NCBI GenBank assembly: GCA_050011875.1
Contig: JBEKIG010000001.1
Location: 96,001-160,000 of the forward strand
From: Nitrososphaeria archaeon
Lineage (GTDB): Archaea; Thermoproteota; Nitrososphaeria; JACIWG01
DNA: 64,000 nt
Direction of reading: 5' to 3'
Shown: positions 8,916 to 19,894 of the stretch, piece after piece
How the letters are laid out: every line of letters starts with the position of its first letter
Numbering within the stretch: the stretch's first letter is position 1
Position numbers and translations under genes: made by a program
Notes under the pieces: model-generated
Seen by the model: only the letters and a program-made list of their open reading frames with translations
Databases searched by the model: none
What the model was told of the DNA's origin: nothing

Positions 8916-10009
8916 ATCGGTATCGGCGCGCAAAGAATAACAATGGCTATCATAAGGACGAAAACAATCTTTCTTGATCTTGATAACGGTGAAATTTCAT
9001 CTAAAGGTCTTATACTGCTTTGACGAGAAGATAAGAATAGAACCAGAAATGCCATAAGTAAAAACCCAAAGATCGCCATTATAATTGCTGATATAAAAGT
9101 GGCGATCGTTTGTTGCCTTCCTGAGAGAACACTGCAGGCCATGTGACTGCCATCAAGTTACCAAGCGGGTAGCGTATTCAGAAATGTTATAAGAAAACCG
9201 AACCATGCAGCATAAGCTATAGGGGATATGACTACAACTTCTTGTGAAATAGAGACTTTACCTAGCATGGTCATCATCAAATTCATCAACAGTGGAATAT
9301 TAGTAAGTGTGGCTTGATTGGAACCGGATAAACTATTAAACGTACTTAGAGGAATAGTAACAGAAGACAACACACCAAAAACACCAACCACTATAGTAGT
9401 AATGAAACCGGTAAGAGGACCGAAAAGACCGACATCAAATTGAATGTCCCGATTAGGCATCGGATCCGTGGCAAATATGACTGCACCGAAAGTTGGAATC
9501 CCCGTACCTGGTATACCTGGGATGAAATAAGGAAGTGTAGATGCCATTCGATGCCGCCTTGCCATTAGAAGGTGACCTAGCTCGTGGAGACCAAGGATTC
9601 CGACGAATGCAAGTACATAGGATAGTGTTACAACGATAGGGTTCGATTCTGGAAAGATCTTCAGATCTATCGGCGAAGAAGCTCTTAACCAACCGTCAAC
9701 CAATAAGGATACTATTGTAGCAGCAAAAAGAGCTAAAGGTATCTTGACGCTGTACTTTTTTTTCTTCACGTAAGATGCAACGTACAACGTGAGGAAGTCG
9801 CCTTCTTTTCTTAGTATTGGAACGTACATTTTCTCGTATAAGAAACTGCATAGTCCAAGAAACTTATCCTTTGTATCTTTCTCCAATAAAAGTTTATATT
9901 CAATAGCACCATCGGAACGAACATATGATTCGAGAACAGTGAAGTTTTTTTTGACTTCATTTGTTATCTCTTCGAAAGCCGCCACGTTCGACGGCCCAAT
10001 ATTCTCCAT
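8912..10009 (-). pseudogene. Site-2 protease (M50) interrupted by an in-frame TAA
   Basis: HELGH in the 5' part. The NTLPAW*LDGSH motif is split by TAA at 9158-9160, and the frame continues to 8912. Confidence 0.85.
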
Positions 10010-10069
10010 CTGAGGGGCATAAAGTATCGAACTTTAAAACTTATTTATAATATTGTTTATGGTGTATAT

Positions 10070-10567
10070 GTGCAAATATCCATCCCCCAAGAATACAGTA
10101 TGAGGAAGGCCAGAGAAGAGGATATCGACGGCGTCATTAACATTAACAGCGAAGCACTCCCAGAACATTACACACTTTCATTTTATAGTTCTATCTTGAC
10201 AACTAATCCAGACACCTTCTTGGTTGTAGATTACAACGGTAAAATAGTAGCATATCACATGGGTAGAATTGAATACGCTTTTTCATTAAAAGGAAAGAAA
10301 TTGTTCATAAAAAAAGGGCATGTCATTTCTATCGCTGTACTCGAAGAGCACAGAAAAAAGGGCTTAGCGAGCGCCTTAATGCAGATGGCACTAGACCAGT
10401 TTAGGAAAAACGGCTGTGAAATATCATTTCTGGAAGTAAGAGCGTCAAACGAAAACGCAATAAACATCTATAAAAAAAATGACTATAACATAGCAGAACG
10501 AATTAAGGGATACTATAACGACGGAGAAGATGCCTACGTCATGGAAAAAAAGCTTCTAAAACAATAA
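10070..10567 (+). CDS. ard1: N-terminal protein acetyltransferase (Ard1/RimI, GNAT)
   Basis: LPEHY, GHVISIAV, RKKGLA, LEVRASN and YYNDGEDAYVM motifs. Confidence 0.92.
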   Translation: MQISIPQEYSMRKAREEDIDGVININSEALPEHYTLSFYSSILTTNPDTFLVVDYNGKIVAYHMGRIEYAFSLKGKKLFIKKGHVISIAVLEEHRKKGLASALMQMALDQFRKNGCEISFLEVRASNENAINIYKKNDYNIAERIKGYYNDGEDAYVMEKKLLKQ

Positions 10568-10695
10568 TTAAAAAAGATTATAACATTTATTGATGATCTA
10601 ACTTTGGATTAATAATAATAATTAAAATCAAGTTAAGTGTTAAAGAAAAAGTCGATTATAAACAATTTTTATATTTGCCTTGTTTTACTTATAGC

Positions 10696-10992
10696 ATGGA
10701 AGATGCTTTAAAGAACAGGATAGAAAAAGCGCTTGAACAGGTCTATGACCCAGAAATCGGTGTTCCTATCACAGAGATGAAACTTGTCGATAAAATCGTT
10801 ATAGAAGGGGAAAATGTAACCATAGAATATCACCTTTCAATGCCCTATTGTCCACCTATGTTTGCAATAAAAATAGGTCAAGATATAAAGAAGACAATTT
10901 CAAAATTAGAAGGTGTGAAGTCTGTAAAAGCAATTTTGAAGAACCACTACCTTGCTAATCAAATAACAGAGATGTTGAATAAAGAAGAGTAA
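10696..10992 (+). CDS. DUF59/MIP18 (SufT-like) Fe-S assembly protein
   Basis: VYDPEIG...LSMPYCP motif. Confidence 0.9.
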   Translation: MEDALKNRIEKALEQVYDPEIGVPITEMKLVDKIVIEGENVTIEYHLSMPYCPPMFAIKIGQDIKKTISKLEGVKSVKAILKNHYLANQITEMLNKEE

Positions 10993-11129
10993 TTTTCCAT
11001 TATTATTTTCAGTTATAGCACTAAATTCATCCGATAGAACATTATATAAGATTAATAATTTTAACGTTGATCATTACGCATTCAAAAATAGACAAGTTAA
11101 TGAAATAGAAAATGTTTATAATAATAAAA

Positions 11130-11411
11130 TCAGATCGTTAGACCAAAGTTCTTTGCAAATTCAGAAAAGTCTTTGTATACATCAAGATATTCTAGACCAG
11201 CCGGTGTAATCTTAAACTTTGTAAACTTCTCCATTTTGATCTCCTCAATCAGACCGACACCGACGAGTTCGGCGATGATCTTGGTTGCGCGAATATATGA
11301 GAGGTTGGCTTTCCTCATTAACTGAGCTATACCAATACCGTCTTGATGCCCATCTTTAACTGCAAAAAGGACATCAGAAACGATATGCACTTGGTTGCGA
11401 TAGCTCATCAT
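11130..11411 (-). CDS. Small winged-helix transcriptional regulator
   Basis: LMRKANLSY...GLI...FKITPAG..YL archaeal wHTH pattern. Confidence 0.85.
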   Translation of the reverse strand: MMSYRNQVHIVSDVLFAVKDGHQDGIGIAQLMRKANLSYIRATKIIAELVGVGLIEEIKMEKFTKFKITPAGLEYLDVYKDFSEFAKNFGLTI

Positions 11412-12020
11412 CTACGATTTAGCACCTCTATAATATATCCATATCGGAAGAGAAAATGCGATAATACCTATTATTTGGAAAATTAAAGAGAAAATCTGAT
11501 AAAACATAGGGTTGGAAACAAATTCAGCAATCCAACTTAAAACTGATTGAACCCCAAAGCTCATCAGACCTAATGCAGTTGTTAAAACAATCTTAGACCT
11601 ATTCATGTGATATGAAATCATAGTTTCTAGGGTAGCGTAGGATATAAAGAAAATGGAAAGAGCTTCAAATGCAGCAGCGGGATTGAATATAAATAAAGAT
11701 AAACCCGCAAACTTTTTTTCTTGTGAGGCTTTAACCATATGAGAAAATGCTAAAAAGAAAAAGCCCATCATTTCGAAGAAAGAGGCACCTATTTGAAGGT
11801 AGCCATAAAAAACAGTAAACCCGAAGATTACAAGAACATCCGCAAAAAATAGTAGGATGAAGTTGACGGAGAGGCTTATAAAAGCAAGGGAAAGCCTCGC
11901 GAAAACTGGTCTCTTGGTTTCAGAATAACCTTTGTAGGAAACAAACAGCACTGATATAGCCATCACTAAAGCAATTACTTCCAGGACTATCTTTAACTCA
12001 TCAAACATCAATACGGCCAA
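11412..12020 (-). CDS. Multi-pass membrane protein (~6 TM), co-transcribed with the wHTH gene
   Basis: Six hydrophobic helices; its stop abuts the wHTH start. Confidence 0.7.
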   Translation of the reverse strand: MAVLMFDELKIVLEVIALVMAISVLFVSYKGYSETKRPVFARLSLAFISLSVNFILLFFADVLVIFGFTVFYGYLQIGASFFEMMGFFFLAFSHMVKASQEKKFAGLSLFIFNPAAAFEALSIFFISYATLETMISYHMNRSKIVLTTALGLMSFGVQSVLSWIAEFVSNPMFYQIFSLIFQIIGIIAFSLPIWIYYRGAKS

Positions 12021-12257
12021 TCAACCTTTCCTATGACGAATTGTAGTTATTAACTTAATTAATAAAGTGTGAATAAAAGTTAAGCCACAATACAAAAGTT
12101 TTTATTCAAAGAATGTGTTTTAAAGAGTATTATCTTTGAGTTGGAGAATAAGTTGAAAACTATGAAAATTGGTTTTTACACTTATCTTTTATAATAGTAG
12201 GGTATTATTTCAAAAATTTAAATACGCCTTATAAGATATTCTGCCCAGAGGCAAATT

Positions 12258-12566
12258 TTGGTGGAGATTTGTTCCGTTTGTGGGTTACCTAAGGACCTTT
12301 GTGTCTGCGAACAAATAAGCAAAGAAAGTGCTAAGATTACTGTACGTTTGGAGGTTAGAAGGTTTGGTAAACAGACGACTGTTATTGAAGGCATAGATCC
12401 AAAGTATAACGATCTGCAGAAAGTCGCCCAGCAGCTCAAGACAGCTTTAGCTTGTGGTGGTACAGCTAAGAACGGCACAATCCTTTTGCAGGGCGATCAC
12501 AGGGATGTTATCAAAGGAAGGCTCGTGCAGCTAGGATTTAACGATAATGCTGTAGAAGTTCAATAG
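12258..12566 (+). CDS. sui1: Translation initiation factor aIF1/SUI1
   Basis: CSVCGLPKDLCVC, RRFGK, LKTALACGGT, LQGDHR. Confidence 0.97.
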   Translation: MVEICSVCGLPKDLCVCEQISKESAKITVRLEVRRFGKQTTVIEGIDPKYNDLQKVAQQLKTALACGGTAKNGTILLQGDHRDVIKGRLVQLGFNDNAVEVQ

Positions 12567-12573
12567 GGGAAAA

Positions 12574-12756
12574 ATGTTGAGTGAAGAACCAAAGATACGT
12601 AGAGTATCCGTCAGCAAAAGAAGAATCAAATATTGTCCAACGTGTTTGAGTAAGCTAAAACCGGTGCTTGGTCTACACGGTTGGTTATTACCGCAGGAGT
12701 ACGAATGCCCAGTTTGTGGCTACAGGGGGCCCATAGGTTTAGAAAAAGAAGAATAG
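12574..12756 (+). CDS. Small zinc-ribbon protein
   Basis: CPTC...CPVCGY; in an operon with sui1. Confidence 0.75.
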   Translation: MLSEEPKIRRVSVSKRRIKYCPTCLSKLKPVLGLHGWLLPQEYECPVCGYRGPIGLEKEE

Positions 12757-12812
12757 GACAATCCGTTCAGAGCTCTGTAAAGGAACCTGCTTAGGAGATT
12801 GTCTAATAAATT

Positions 12813-13868
12813 ATGGAAGTATTTCCTATTTACTTCTCAAATTGCAAAATGTTATTTAAGCATTTACCTGTGGTAGATTTGTTGGGTAATCCTGTAAACC
12901 AGAAAAACACAGTGGAAAAACTCTTTAGCATAGTGGTTATCATCTTGTTACTCTTGGTTATAGCAACCATGATGTTATCGTTTATCCTAGGCCCATATGT
13001 CATATTCAATACAGACGTTGGTCAACAGGTGCAAGGTGAAGTACAAGAATATTATATATTTATCTTAGGTGGGCTGTTGGCCTTACCCTTCACAGTTGGC
13101 ATTCAGCAACAGTTTGTTTTCGAGTGGGTCATATGTCTCTCAATATTTACAATTCTTGTATTCTCAGGTAAGGAGAATTTATTGGAGTCTTTAAAGGAAG
13201 CTTACGCAAATGGAACTAAGAAGCTCTTCGGCAATGATCTATCAGCAGCAACTTTAATCTTCGCTGTCTCAATCGCCATCGTACTTGTAATTGACACGTT
13301 ACAAAATCAGATAGGAATATCCAGCGGGTTGCCACCCACAACACCAACAAATCCCGCAGAATTCCTAACCCTAGTCTCATGGGCTCCGATATCAGAGGAG
13401 ATAGGTTTTCGGCTGTCAATAATAGGATTGTTCTCTCTACTGTCAATCCAAGGGTGGCGAGTCAAAATTCCCATCATAGAATATCTAATTGCTCCTGTGC
13501 CAACACTAAGAAAAATAATTAATACGGAAGATGGTAAAAGGAGAGTGAGAAATCTGTTCATAACCTTAATCATATCTTCAGCCCTGCTATTTGGCTTTTT
13601 ACACGTCACCTCCGGATGGGGAATAGGAAAATTTAGTGAAGCGACTGCTGCGGGTGTTATGCTCGGCATAGCTTACTCTTACTACGGTATTGGAGCTGCA
13701 ATATTGGTCCACTGGGGTTTTAACTATTATCTAACTGCAATTCCTTTTTTTGAGGAGCAAGTTTCTAACCTTGGTCTTTCATCTTTCGTCGAAATCGTTG
13801 TTTTAGCGTTGGGTATAGTCATAATAATTTATTACGCTTCAAATTTCCTGATTCATAGAATTAGGTAA
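12813..13868 (+). CDS. CPBP (CAAX/Abi) intramembrane glutamic endopeptidase
   Basis: EEIGFR, FGFLH and HWGFN motifs; multiple TM helices. The true start may be ~70 bp downstream. Confidence 0.88.
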   Translation: MEVFPIYFSNCKMLFKHLPVVDLLGNPVNQKNTVEKLFSIVVIILLLLVIATMMLSFILGPYVIFNTDVGQQVQGEVQEYYIFILGGLLALPFTVGIQQQFVFEWVICLSIFTILVFSGKENLLESLKEAYANGTKKLFGNDLSAATLIFAVSIAIVLVIDTLQNQIGISSGLPPTTPTNPAEFLTLVSWAPISEEIGFRLSIIGLFSLLSIQGWRVKIPIIEYLIAPVPTLRKIINTEDGKRRVRNLFITLIISSALLFGFLHVTSGWGIGKFSEATAAGVMLGIAYSYYGIGAAILVHWGFNYYLTAIPFFEEQVSNLGLSSFVEIVVLALGIVIIIYYASNFLIHRIR

Positions 13869-13908
13869 TAGTTTATATCAGCTACACCTTGTATTCTTAG
13901 GGACACAA

Positions 13909-14403
13909 ATGAGCATATTAGGAAAAAGTGAAATCGTTAAGTTACAGGAGAAGTATAGAATATTATATCCCTTCAACGATCAGCTTTTGGACGGAGACGG
14001 ATATATATTGACGGTTAGAAATAGTGTTGTTTTAAATTATCTTGAACACAAGAACTTGATCTCGAGAGAAATAATCATGCTTCCAACAGACATCGTCGCG
14101 CACCTTACAGCGAAAAGTAGATTTGGCAGGCTAGGCCTTTCTTTCCTTAACGCAGCAAAAGTTCACAGCGGGTTCGTGGGAAGATTGGCGTTGGAGATGG
14201 TAAACCTATCAAATGAGAGGGCGCCCATAACTATAAGACGGAACGACCCCTTTATGCATATTGAATTCCTTCAGCGCCTAGGAGAGCCCGATCCTTACAA
14301 CGGAGAATATCAATTTCAATTCATGACATCGAAAGAAGTAGATGAGACGGTTCCCTTTCTAAAAAAGATTTTCCCAGATTTTAAGAGCCATCCTAAAAAA
14401 TAA
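13909..14403 (+). CDS. dCTP deaminase-like trimeric dUTPase-family protein
   Basis: AKSRFGRLG, VHSGFVG, LEMVN and YNGEYQ motifs. Confidence 0.75.
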   Translation: MSILGKSEIVKLQEKYRILYPFNDQLLDGDGYILTVRNSVVLNYLEHKNLISREIIMLPTDIVAHLTAKSRFGRLGLSFLNAAKVHSGFVGRLALEMVNLSNERAPITIRRNDPFMHIEFLQRLGEPDPYNGEYQFQFMTSKEVDETVPFLKKIFPDFKSHPKK

Positions 14404-14596
14404 AATGGGATAATATAGTAGAAACTGTTTTATCGACTGTCCTAGAATATTTCTAACAGTTAATATATGCCCTACGATTTTCTACAACGCTTAATGCACT
14501 AAAGGTCTCTTCTTCTATCTATTTTTCTTTCTTCTAAGAAGGATGTGTCGTTAGTCGGCTTTTTTTCCATCTACTTTAGCAACCGGTACGATCTGT

Positions 14597-15550
14597 CTAT
14601 TCGACAATTTTCAATTCTTCAGGCGTTAGAATGTTCCTTAATCCCTTGTACCTGTTTCTTATAGTGACTTCAGTGACTCCTGCTGCTTCTGCGACATCTT
14701 TTTGGGTTTTATTTTCTCCTTCAAGAACGCATGACACATAAAGTGCCGCTGCAGCCAAACCCATCGGATCTTTTCCGGCAGAAGATAGGCTTTCCTTGGT
14801 TCTTGTAATAATATCAATCGCTCTCCTCTTTGTCTTTTCAGATAATCCAGCTGCGCTTGCGATCCTTGATACGGTCTTTAGTGGATCGGCTACCGGCATC
14901 TTTTTTTCCAACTCTCTAACAAGTAAGCGATAGCAACGTGCGATATCCTTCTTTTTGATGTTACTCGCTGCGCTGACATCTTTCAATGTACGCGGAGTCT
15001 CTGTTTCACGACATGCAGCGTAAAGGGAGGCTGCAATAAGAGCAGAAATTGAACGACCCCTAACAAGACCTTTATCAAGTGCCTGCCTATAAATGTAAGC
15101 TGCTCTTTCAACGACCGCATCGCCGACACTAAGTTTATCCGCTAACCTATCGAGCTCACTGAATGCCTGTCTTAGGTTGCGATCGACAGGTTCATGAACT
15201 TGGCTTCTACCGTCCCATGTTCGCAACCTATCGAATGTTGTCTTCATCGCTGATGAAATGCTCTTGCCAGAAGCGTCCTTGTCTATCTGACTGATTATCG
15301 TAGATAAGCCCATGTCGTGCATGGCTAATGAAGATGGCACACCTGTCCTACTACGGCTTTCTTTCTCTTCTTTAGAGAAAGCTCTCCATTCAGGACCAGC
15401 TTCTTCAATTTTCTCCTTTATTACGAAACCGCAGTGACTGCAGAATATTTCACCTCTCGCATTGTCCAGAATCAATTTAGTACGATTACATCGTGGGCAT
15501 TTTTCTGTAAGATAAGTAAGGCTTCCCCCAGTAGATTTATCTTCGCTCAT
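14597..15550 (-). CDS. tfb: Transcription initiation factor IIB
   Basis: Zn ribbon CPRC..CSHCG, GPEWRAF B-reader, two cyclin repeats, TEVTIRNRYK. Confidence 0.99.
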   Translation of the reverse strand: MSEDKSTGGSLTYLTEKCPRCNRTKLILDNARGEIFCSHCGFVIKEKIEEAGPEWRAFSKEEKESRSRTGVPSSLAMHDMGLSTIISQIDKDASGKSISSAMKTTFDRLRTWDGRSQVHEPVDRNLRQAFSELDRLADKLSVGDAVVERAAYIYRQALDKGLVRGRSISALIAASLYAACRETETPRTLKDVSAASNIKKKDIARCYRLLVRELEKKMPVADPLKTVSRIASAAGLSEKTKRRAIDIITRTKESLSSAGKDPMGLAAAALYVSCVLEGENKTQKDVAEAAGVTEVTIRNRYKGLRNILTPEELKIVE

Positions 15551-15662
15551 AACTTTTCACCAAACTTTATATCTATCAATACGCTAAAATAGGTAATATA
15601 TAAATTTTTTTATAATTATGATTAAATAAAACTTTTTTTGTCACACAATTCTTACTTAAAAT

Positions 15663-16685
15663 GTGGGAGGCATGTCAGAGGACATAAGGGATTATGTCAT
15701 TACCAATTTTGCAGAGAACCCTTCCATTCTAGTGGGATGTAGGATTGAAAAATGGAGTTGGCCAGTCTGTGGATATGATGTCATAGTCTTCACGAATAAC
15801 GTAAAAAACTATCATTTAGTGACTGTGTCAGAGGATATTTTAAACATATACTGCCACTCACTAGAGGAAATTGATAGCAAGAAGAACCAAGAACTTGATA
15901 TAATATTATCAAATGCCGTAATAATAAACGACCCGAACCTATCACTGGCCGCATGCAAAGAAAAGCTCTTGAAAAGAAAGAACGAATTATATTTGGAAGC
16001 TTTTGAAGAACACTTGCTGAAGCTTTTAAAAAATTTGACATATTCCGAGGAGGCATATAACTTTGGCGCTTATGCTTCATCTGCTTTTTGGATTCTGACA
16101 GTCGGTTACGATACAGCAGCAGCAATCAATCTTCTTAACAGGACCCTAACTTCACCATCTCACCTAATGCAACAAGTTCGTGAAAACCCCCTTTTTAAGG
16201 GGACAAATTTCTTCGTCGATATAGCTGGATTTCTTGCGTTAGAACACGCTACAACCGCTTCATCAAAAAGAGTGTTCTCGCTTCTTGAAACTTTTAAGAA
16301 GCTTGCCGATTTTTATAAGTTCGAAGATCTTCCGCCAACAGAATTTCCTAGAACAAAAATACTCTTATCGAATATTAGAATGGAAGAAGTAGCACGCAAG
16401 TGTGATTTTGCAAATTCACAGAACATGCCACTTAATGCTTATGTAGCTTCTATAAAATGGTTCATCGACTCTACTGTCGAATTATACCTGATGATCTGTT
16501 CGATGGAGAACACTTCACAGTTTAAACCAAGGATCATTGAAGAACTTGAAAAAAGGAGAAACATAATGGGTGGAGGTGTGAGCATTTCTAATCCAATATT
16601 ATTAGAAATGAACCCGTCCATATTGAGAAAAAAAATTGATGAAGCTAAGAGGATACTTTATTGGCTAAGGAGAAACAAAATTTAG
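15663..16685 (+). CDS. Hypothetical protein with a degenerate nucleotidyltransferase-like N-terminus
   Basis: LVGCR...CGYDVIV resembles the Pol-beta GS..DxD motif; helical C-terminus. Confidence 0.55.
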   Translation: MGGMSEDIRDYVITNFAENPSILVGCRIEKWSWPVCGYDVIVFTNNVKNYHLVTVSEDILNIYCHSLEEIDSKKNQELDIILSNAVIINDPNLSLAACKEKLLKRKNELYLEAFEEHLLKLLKNLTYSEEAYNFGAYASSAFWILTVGYDTAAAINLLNRTLTSPSHLMQQVRENPLFKGTNFFVDIAGFLALEHATTASSKRVFSLLETFKKLADFYKFEDLPPTEFPRTKILLSNIRMEEVARKCDFANSQNMPLNAYVASIKWFIDSTVELYLMICSMENTSQFKPRIIEELEKRRNIMGGGVSISNPILLEMNPSILRKKIDEAKRILYWLRRNKI

Positions 16686-17164
16686 AGCTTGTAACCTATT
16701 TTTCTTAGAAATTCTTTTCTCTCTTTTCTATTCTCCTCAGATTCGATCCCAAGCGGAGTGGAGCCGTCAATAACACCTAAAATGCCCCGACCCTGGTCTG
16801 TTTCAGCGACTATTACCTGCAGCTGGTTTGCTGTGGCAGCAAAAATACTGCATACTTCATACACGTTCTTTATTTTTTCTAGTACGTTGATAGGATAAGC
16901 GTTCTTAAGATAAATTATAAATGTATGTCCGCAAGATAGTTCTAAAGCATTTTTACTGGCTAAAGCTAAAAGATTTTCATCGTTTCCTTCACACCTGATT
17001 AATCTCTTACCTGAAGCCTCGCAAAAGGCTAGCGCAAACCTAATATCAGGAACACTGTTGATCAGAGCTTCGTAAATATCCTCGACCGATTTTATAAAAT
17101 GCGTGGCGCCCAAAATTACGTTTAAACCTTCAGGAACATCTATTCTCACAACTTTTAATTCCAT
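16682..17164 (-). CDS. Adenosine-specific kinase / DUF355 family protein
   Basis: [28 protein letters not shown] and [10 protein letters not shown] motifs. Confidence 0.92.
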   Translation of the reverse strand: MELKVVRIDVPEGLNVILGATHFIKSVEDIYEALINSVPDIRFALAFCEASGKRLIRCEGNDENLLALASKNALELSCGHTFIIYLKNAYPINVLEKIKNVYEVCSIFAATANQLQVIVAETDQGRGILGVIDGSTPLGIESEENRKERKEFLRKIGYKL

Positions 17165-17331
17165 CGTTCCAATTTATGGAGAAATTAAAGAAATAAGTCT
17201 TTTGCTTCAGTGACTTATTAATCGTAAATTAATATGAAGGGTATGTTGGAAATATTTGTTAATCTTGGATTAAACCACTTACCTGATAAAATAAAGATTT
17301 ATGCGGCGTTAAAGCCTGAGCCTTAAAATTC

Positions 17332-18285
17332 TCATTTAAGAAAGGAATTTATGACGTTGATCCATGCTTGTGAGGTTGTTATATTATTATATCCTCCACC
17401 TCCTACAGCGAGGGGGCCGTAACACTTTTTTTCTATAGATAGCTTTTTTAGAAAATCTGCAACATCAGCGTGAACTTTCGGTGTGAGGTTTAAATGGGTT
17501 AGAGGGTCGCCTTTTAAGGAGTCGCCACCGCACTGAAAAATGATGAATTCTGGGTTGATATTTGATATGAAATCTATTGCTTTTTCAAATTTAGAGTAGA
17601 AAACTTTGTCATCAGATCCTGCAGGTAAAACTATGTTTAACTTTGTCCCAACGGCGGCTCCTTCACCTCTCTCCTCTTCTTTACCAGTACCTGGATAGAG
17701 AGTGCGCCAATCTTCGTGAACATCAACTATCCAGACATTTTTATCCTCCAAGAATTCATAAAATACACCGTCCCCATGATGTGCATCAATATCGACATAG
17801 AGAAAAGATTCTATGGAGTACTTTTTGCGCAAATATTCAATAACAACGCCGACGTCGTTGAAGACACAAAAACCAGCAGCTGAATCCCTCTTTGCATGAT
17901 GCAGTCCCCCCATGGGGTTAAATGCTGTTCTAACTTCTTTTCTCATAATCAGTTCTGCACATTCGATTGACGTTCCAACAACGTATTCTGATGCATCAAA
18001 AACACCTTTGTAGGCAGGTGTATCACCATAGTCTAGATAACCGTAGCCATTGATAGATGCTTTTCTGACATATTCGATATAATCTTTAGTATGGAAAAGC
18101 CCTATAATATTCTCGTCAGCCATTACAGGTGCTACAAGCATGAGATCGTCCATTTTAGGACTATCTTTGAACTCGCTATCGAACGTTCGATAAAAGACTC
18201 TTATCCTATTGAAGTTCATGGGATGGTCTAAACCAAAAGAATATTGAAGTAGGGCATCACCATACGCGACTCCAACTTTTCTCAT
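17332..18285 (-). CDS. Histone deacetylase family (AcuC-like) protein
   Basis: GGLHHA, GFCVFND, DIDAHHGDG, GGDS..GDPL and GGGGY motifs. Confidence 0.95.
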   Translation of the reverse strand: MRKVGVAYGDALLQYSFGLDHPMNFNRIRVFYRTFDSEFKDSPKMDDLMLVAPVMADENIIGLFHTKDYIEYVRKASINGYGYLDYGDTPAYKGVFDASEYVVGTSIECAELIMRKEVRTAFNPMGGLHHAKRDSAAGFCVFNDVGVVIEYLRKKYSIESFLYVDIDAHHGDGVFYEFLEDKNVWIVDVHEDWRTLYPGTGKEEERGEGAAVGTKLNIVLPAGSDDKVFYSKFEKAIDFISNINPEFIIFQCGGDSLKGDPLTHLNLTPKVHADVADFLKKLSIEKKCYGPLAVGGGGYNNITTSQAWINVINSFLK

Positions 18286-18362
18286 ACATGAGTATATTGT
18301 TTAAAGGAATTTAACGATTTTCATAATCTTGAAAAAAAGAAGTGTATTAGCGTTAGGTTAAT

Positions 18363-18995
18363 CTAACTGGATCCTTTATAGTTAAGTATTTTGACAATTT
18401 TTTCCCTGTCCCCGAAGTTCTTTAACCGCATGAATGAATACAGTTCTGGATCAGAAATTTTGAGTTCATTTTCCACAGAAAGATAAAGGATATCATTAAA
18501 CAAGTCTATAAAACCGGATGAATAATCTTTAAACATTTTAATTTTTAAAACCTTCTTCAAAGCCAAGGTCTTAAATGATGCCAGGAATTGATCAACACTT
18601 TTATCATTCCATCTAGGGATTGCGCATTCAAAATTGCCTATGTTGTAGCCAATTGTGTAGAGAACGCTCGGTTTAAGCAGAGGTCTGTCCCCACTGACGA
18701 TGAAGATTATAGGGGTATCGACATATTCCAAAGATGTACCAAGCATTTCTAAGAAAGGTTTGTCCTTATTCATTATTATACGTGCGCCAAAAGGATTTAT
18801 CCTCTCTAAAATCTCAAACGGGGGATCAATAGATGAAATAACAAGTGTGCTGTCGAATACCGTCCAGAGAGCGTCTAACATGTATTCAAGCACCGATGAA
18901 TCCGAGGTTGTACTGTAGAAACGATTGGGCAAAGGCAAATATGTTAATTCGTTAGCTATGATTATACTTGTTACTCTAGATACATTTGTACTCAA
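18363..18995 (-). CDS. MobA-like NTP-transferase domain protein, divergent
   Basis: GDRPLL and CAIPRW match MobA, but the N-terminal LAGG motif is missing. Confidence 0.6.
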   Translation of the reverse strand: MSTNVSRVTSIIIANELTYLPLPNRFYSTTSDSSVLEYMLDALWTVFDSTLVISSIDPPFEILERINPFGARIIMNKDKPFLEMLGTSLEYVDTPIIFIVSGDRPLLKPSVLYTIGYNIGNFECAIPRWNDKSVDQFLASFKTLALKKVLKIKMFKDYSSGFIDLFNDILYLSVENELKISDPELYSFMRLKNFGDREKIVKILNYKGSS

Positions 18996-19047
18996 GAAAT
19001 CACTTAGTAGACGACAATAACATTTCTAATATTATTAAGCTTTACTT

Positions 19048-19848
19048 CTAATTGTTAAACCCGAACTTTAGTACATTGCCATCTCTAATATGAAAATATT
19101 TTGACGCATTACCTGCACTTACAGATATTTCTAAGCATTCAAAACTATCAAATAATGCAAGTGGAGAGCCTTCATTGACCATTGAATATGATTCTACAAG
19201 TGGTAGTCTGTATGATCTAGAACCAAAAAACAGTCTGACATAATTTGCGCTATCTAAACGAGATTCACAAAGGAAGTTGTGAGTAACATTAGTAACGATA
19301 TTACCGAAGGCATCGACAAATGCCACTTCAGCTACGACAAGATCTCCTTCAAAATATGGTTCGCAAAGGACCATAGGCTCTATGGAATTGATTTTTGGAC
19401 CCAACCTGGTGATTGGAAGACCCTTTGAAACATATCCTGCAACAGGAGCAAAGACCTCCCTCCCATGAAAAGTCTTGGATAAATTATTCAGTATATATCT
19501 CGAATTTTCTATAACAACGGCGGCATCGATTACATCTTCACGTATAGCGGGGGACATAAGACCATTATCAGGGCCAATGAAAAAATAGTTACTTGTCTTT
19601 ACCGCGATAGCCCTTCTATCAGAACCTACTCCGGGATCAACAACACAAATGAATATAGAATTTTTTGGGAAAAACTTGTATGCTGATTTTAAGAGGAAAG
19701 CACCCTGTTTTACGTTCTGAGGAAATACGACATTTGAAAGGTCAACGATGGTTGCATTAGGATTTTTTCCTAAGATAACACCCTTCACTTCTCCGATATA
19801 AATGCTGTTGCCTCCAAAATCCGTGAGAAGAGCTATGATCCTTTTCAT
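19048..19848 (-). CDS. SAM hydroxide adenosyltransferase (DUF62; chlorinase/fluorinase family)
   Basis: LLTDFG, VVDPGVGS, GPDNG, TFHGR and DAFGNIVTN motifs. Confidence 0.93.
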   Translation of the reverse strand: MKRIIALLTDFGGNSIYIGEVKGVILGKNPNATIVDLSNVVFPQNVKQGAFLLKSAYKFFPKNSIFICVVDPGVGSDRRAIAVKTSNYFFIGPDNGLMSPAIREDVIDAAVVIENSRYILNNLSKTFHGREVFAPVAGYVSKGLPITRLGPKINSIEPMVLCEPYFEGDLVVAEVAFVDAFGNIVTNVTHNFLCESRLDSANYVRLFFGSRSYRLPLVESYSMVNEGSPLALFDSFECLEISVSAGNASKYFHIRDGNVLKFGFNN

Positions 19849-19894
19849 TTAAATTAATTCTTTTACCTTCCTTATTAAAGGATTACTTAGCTTC

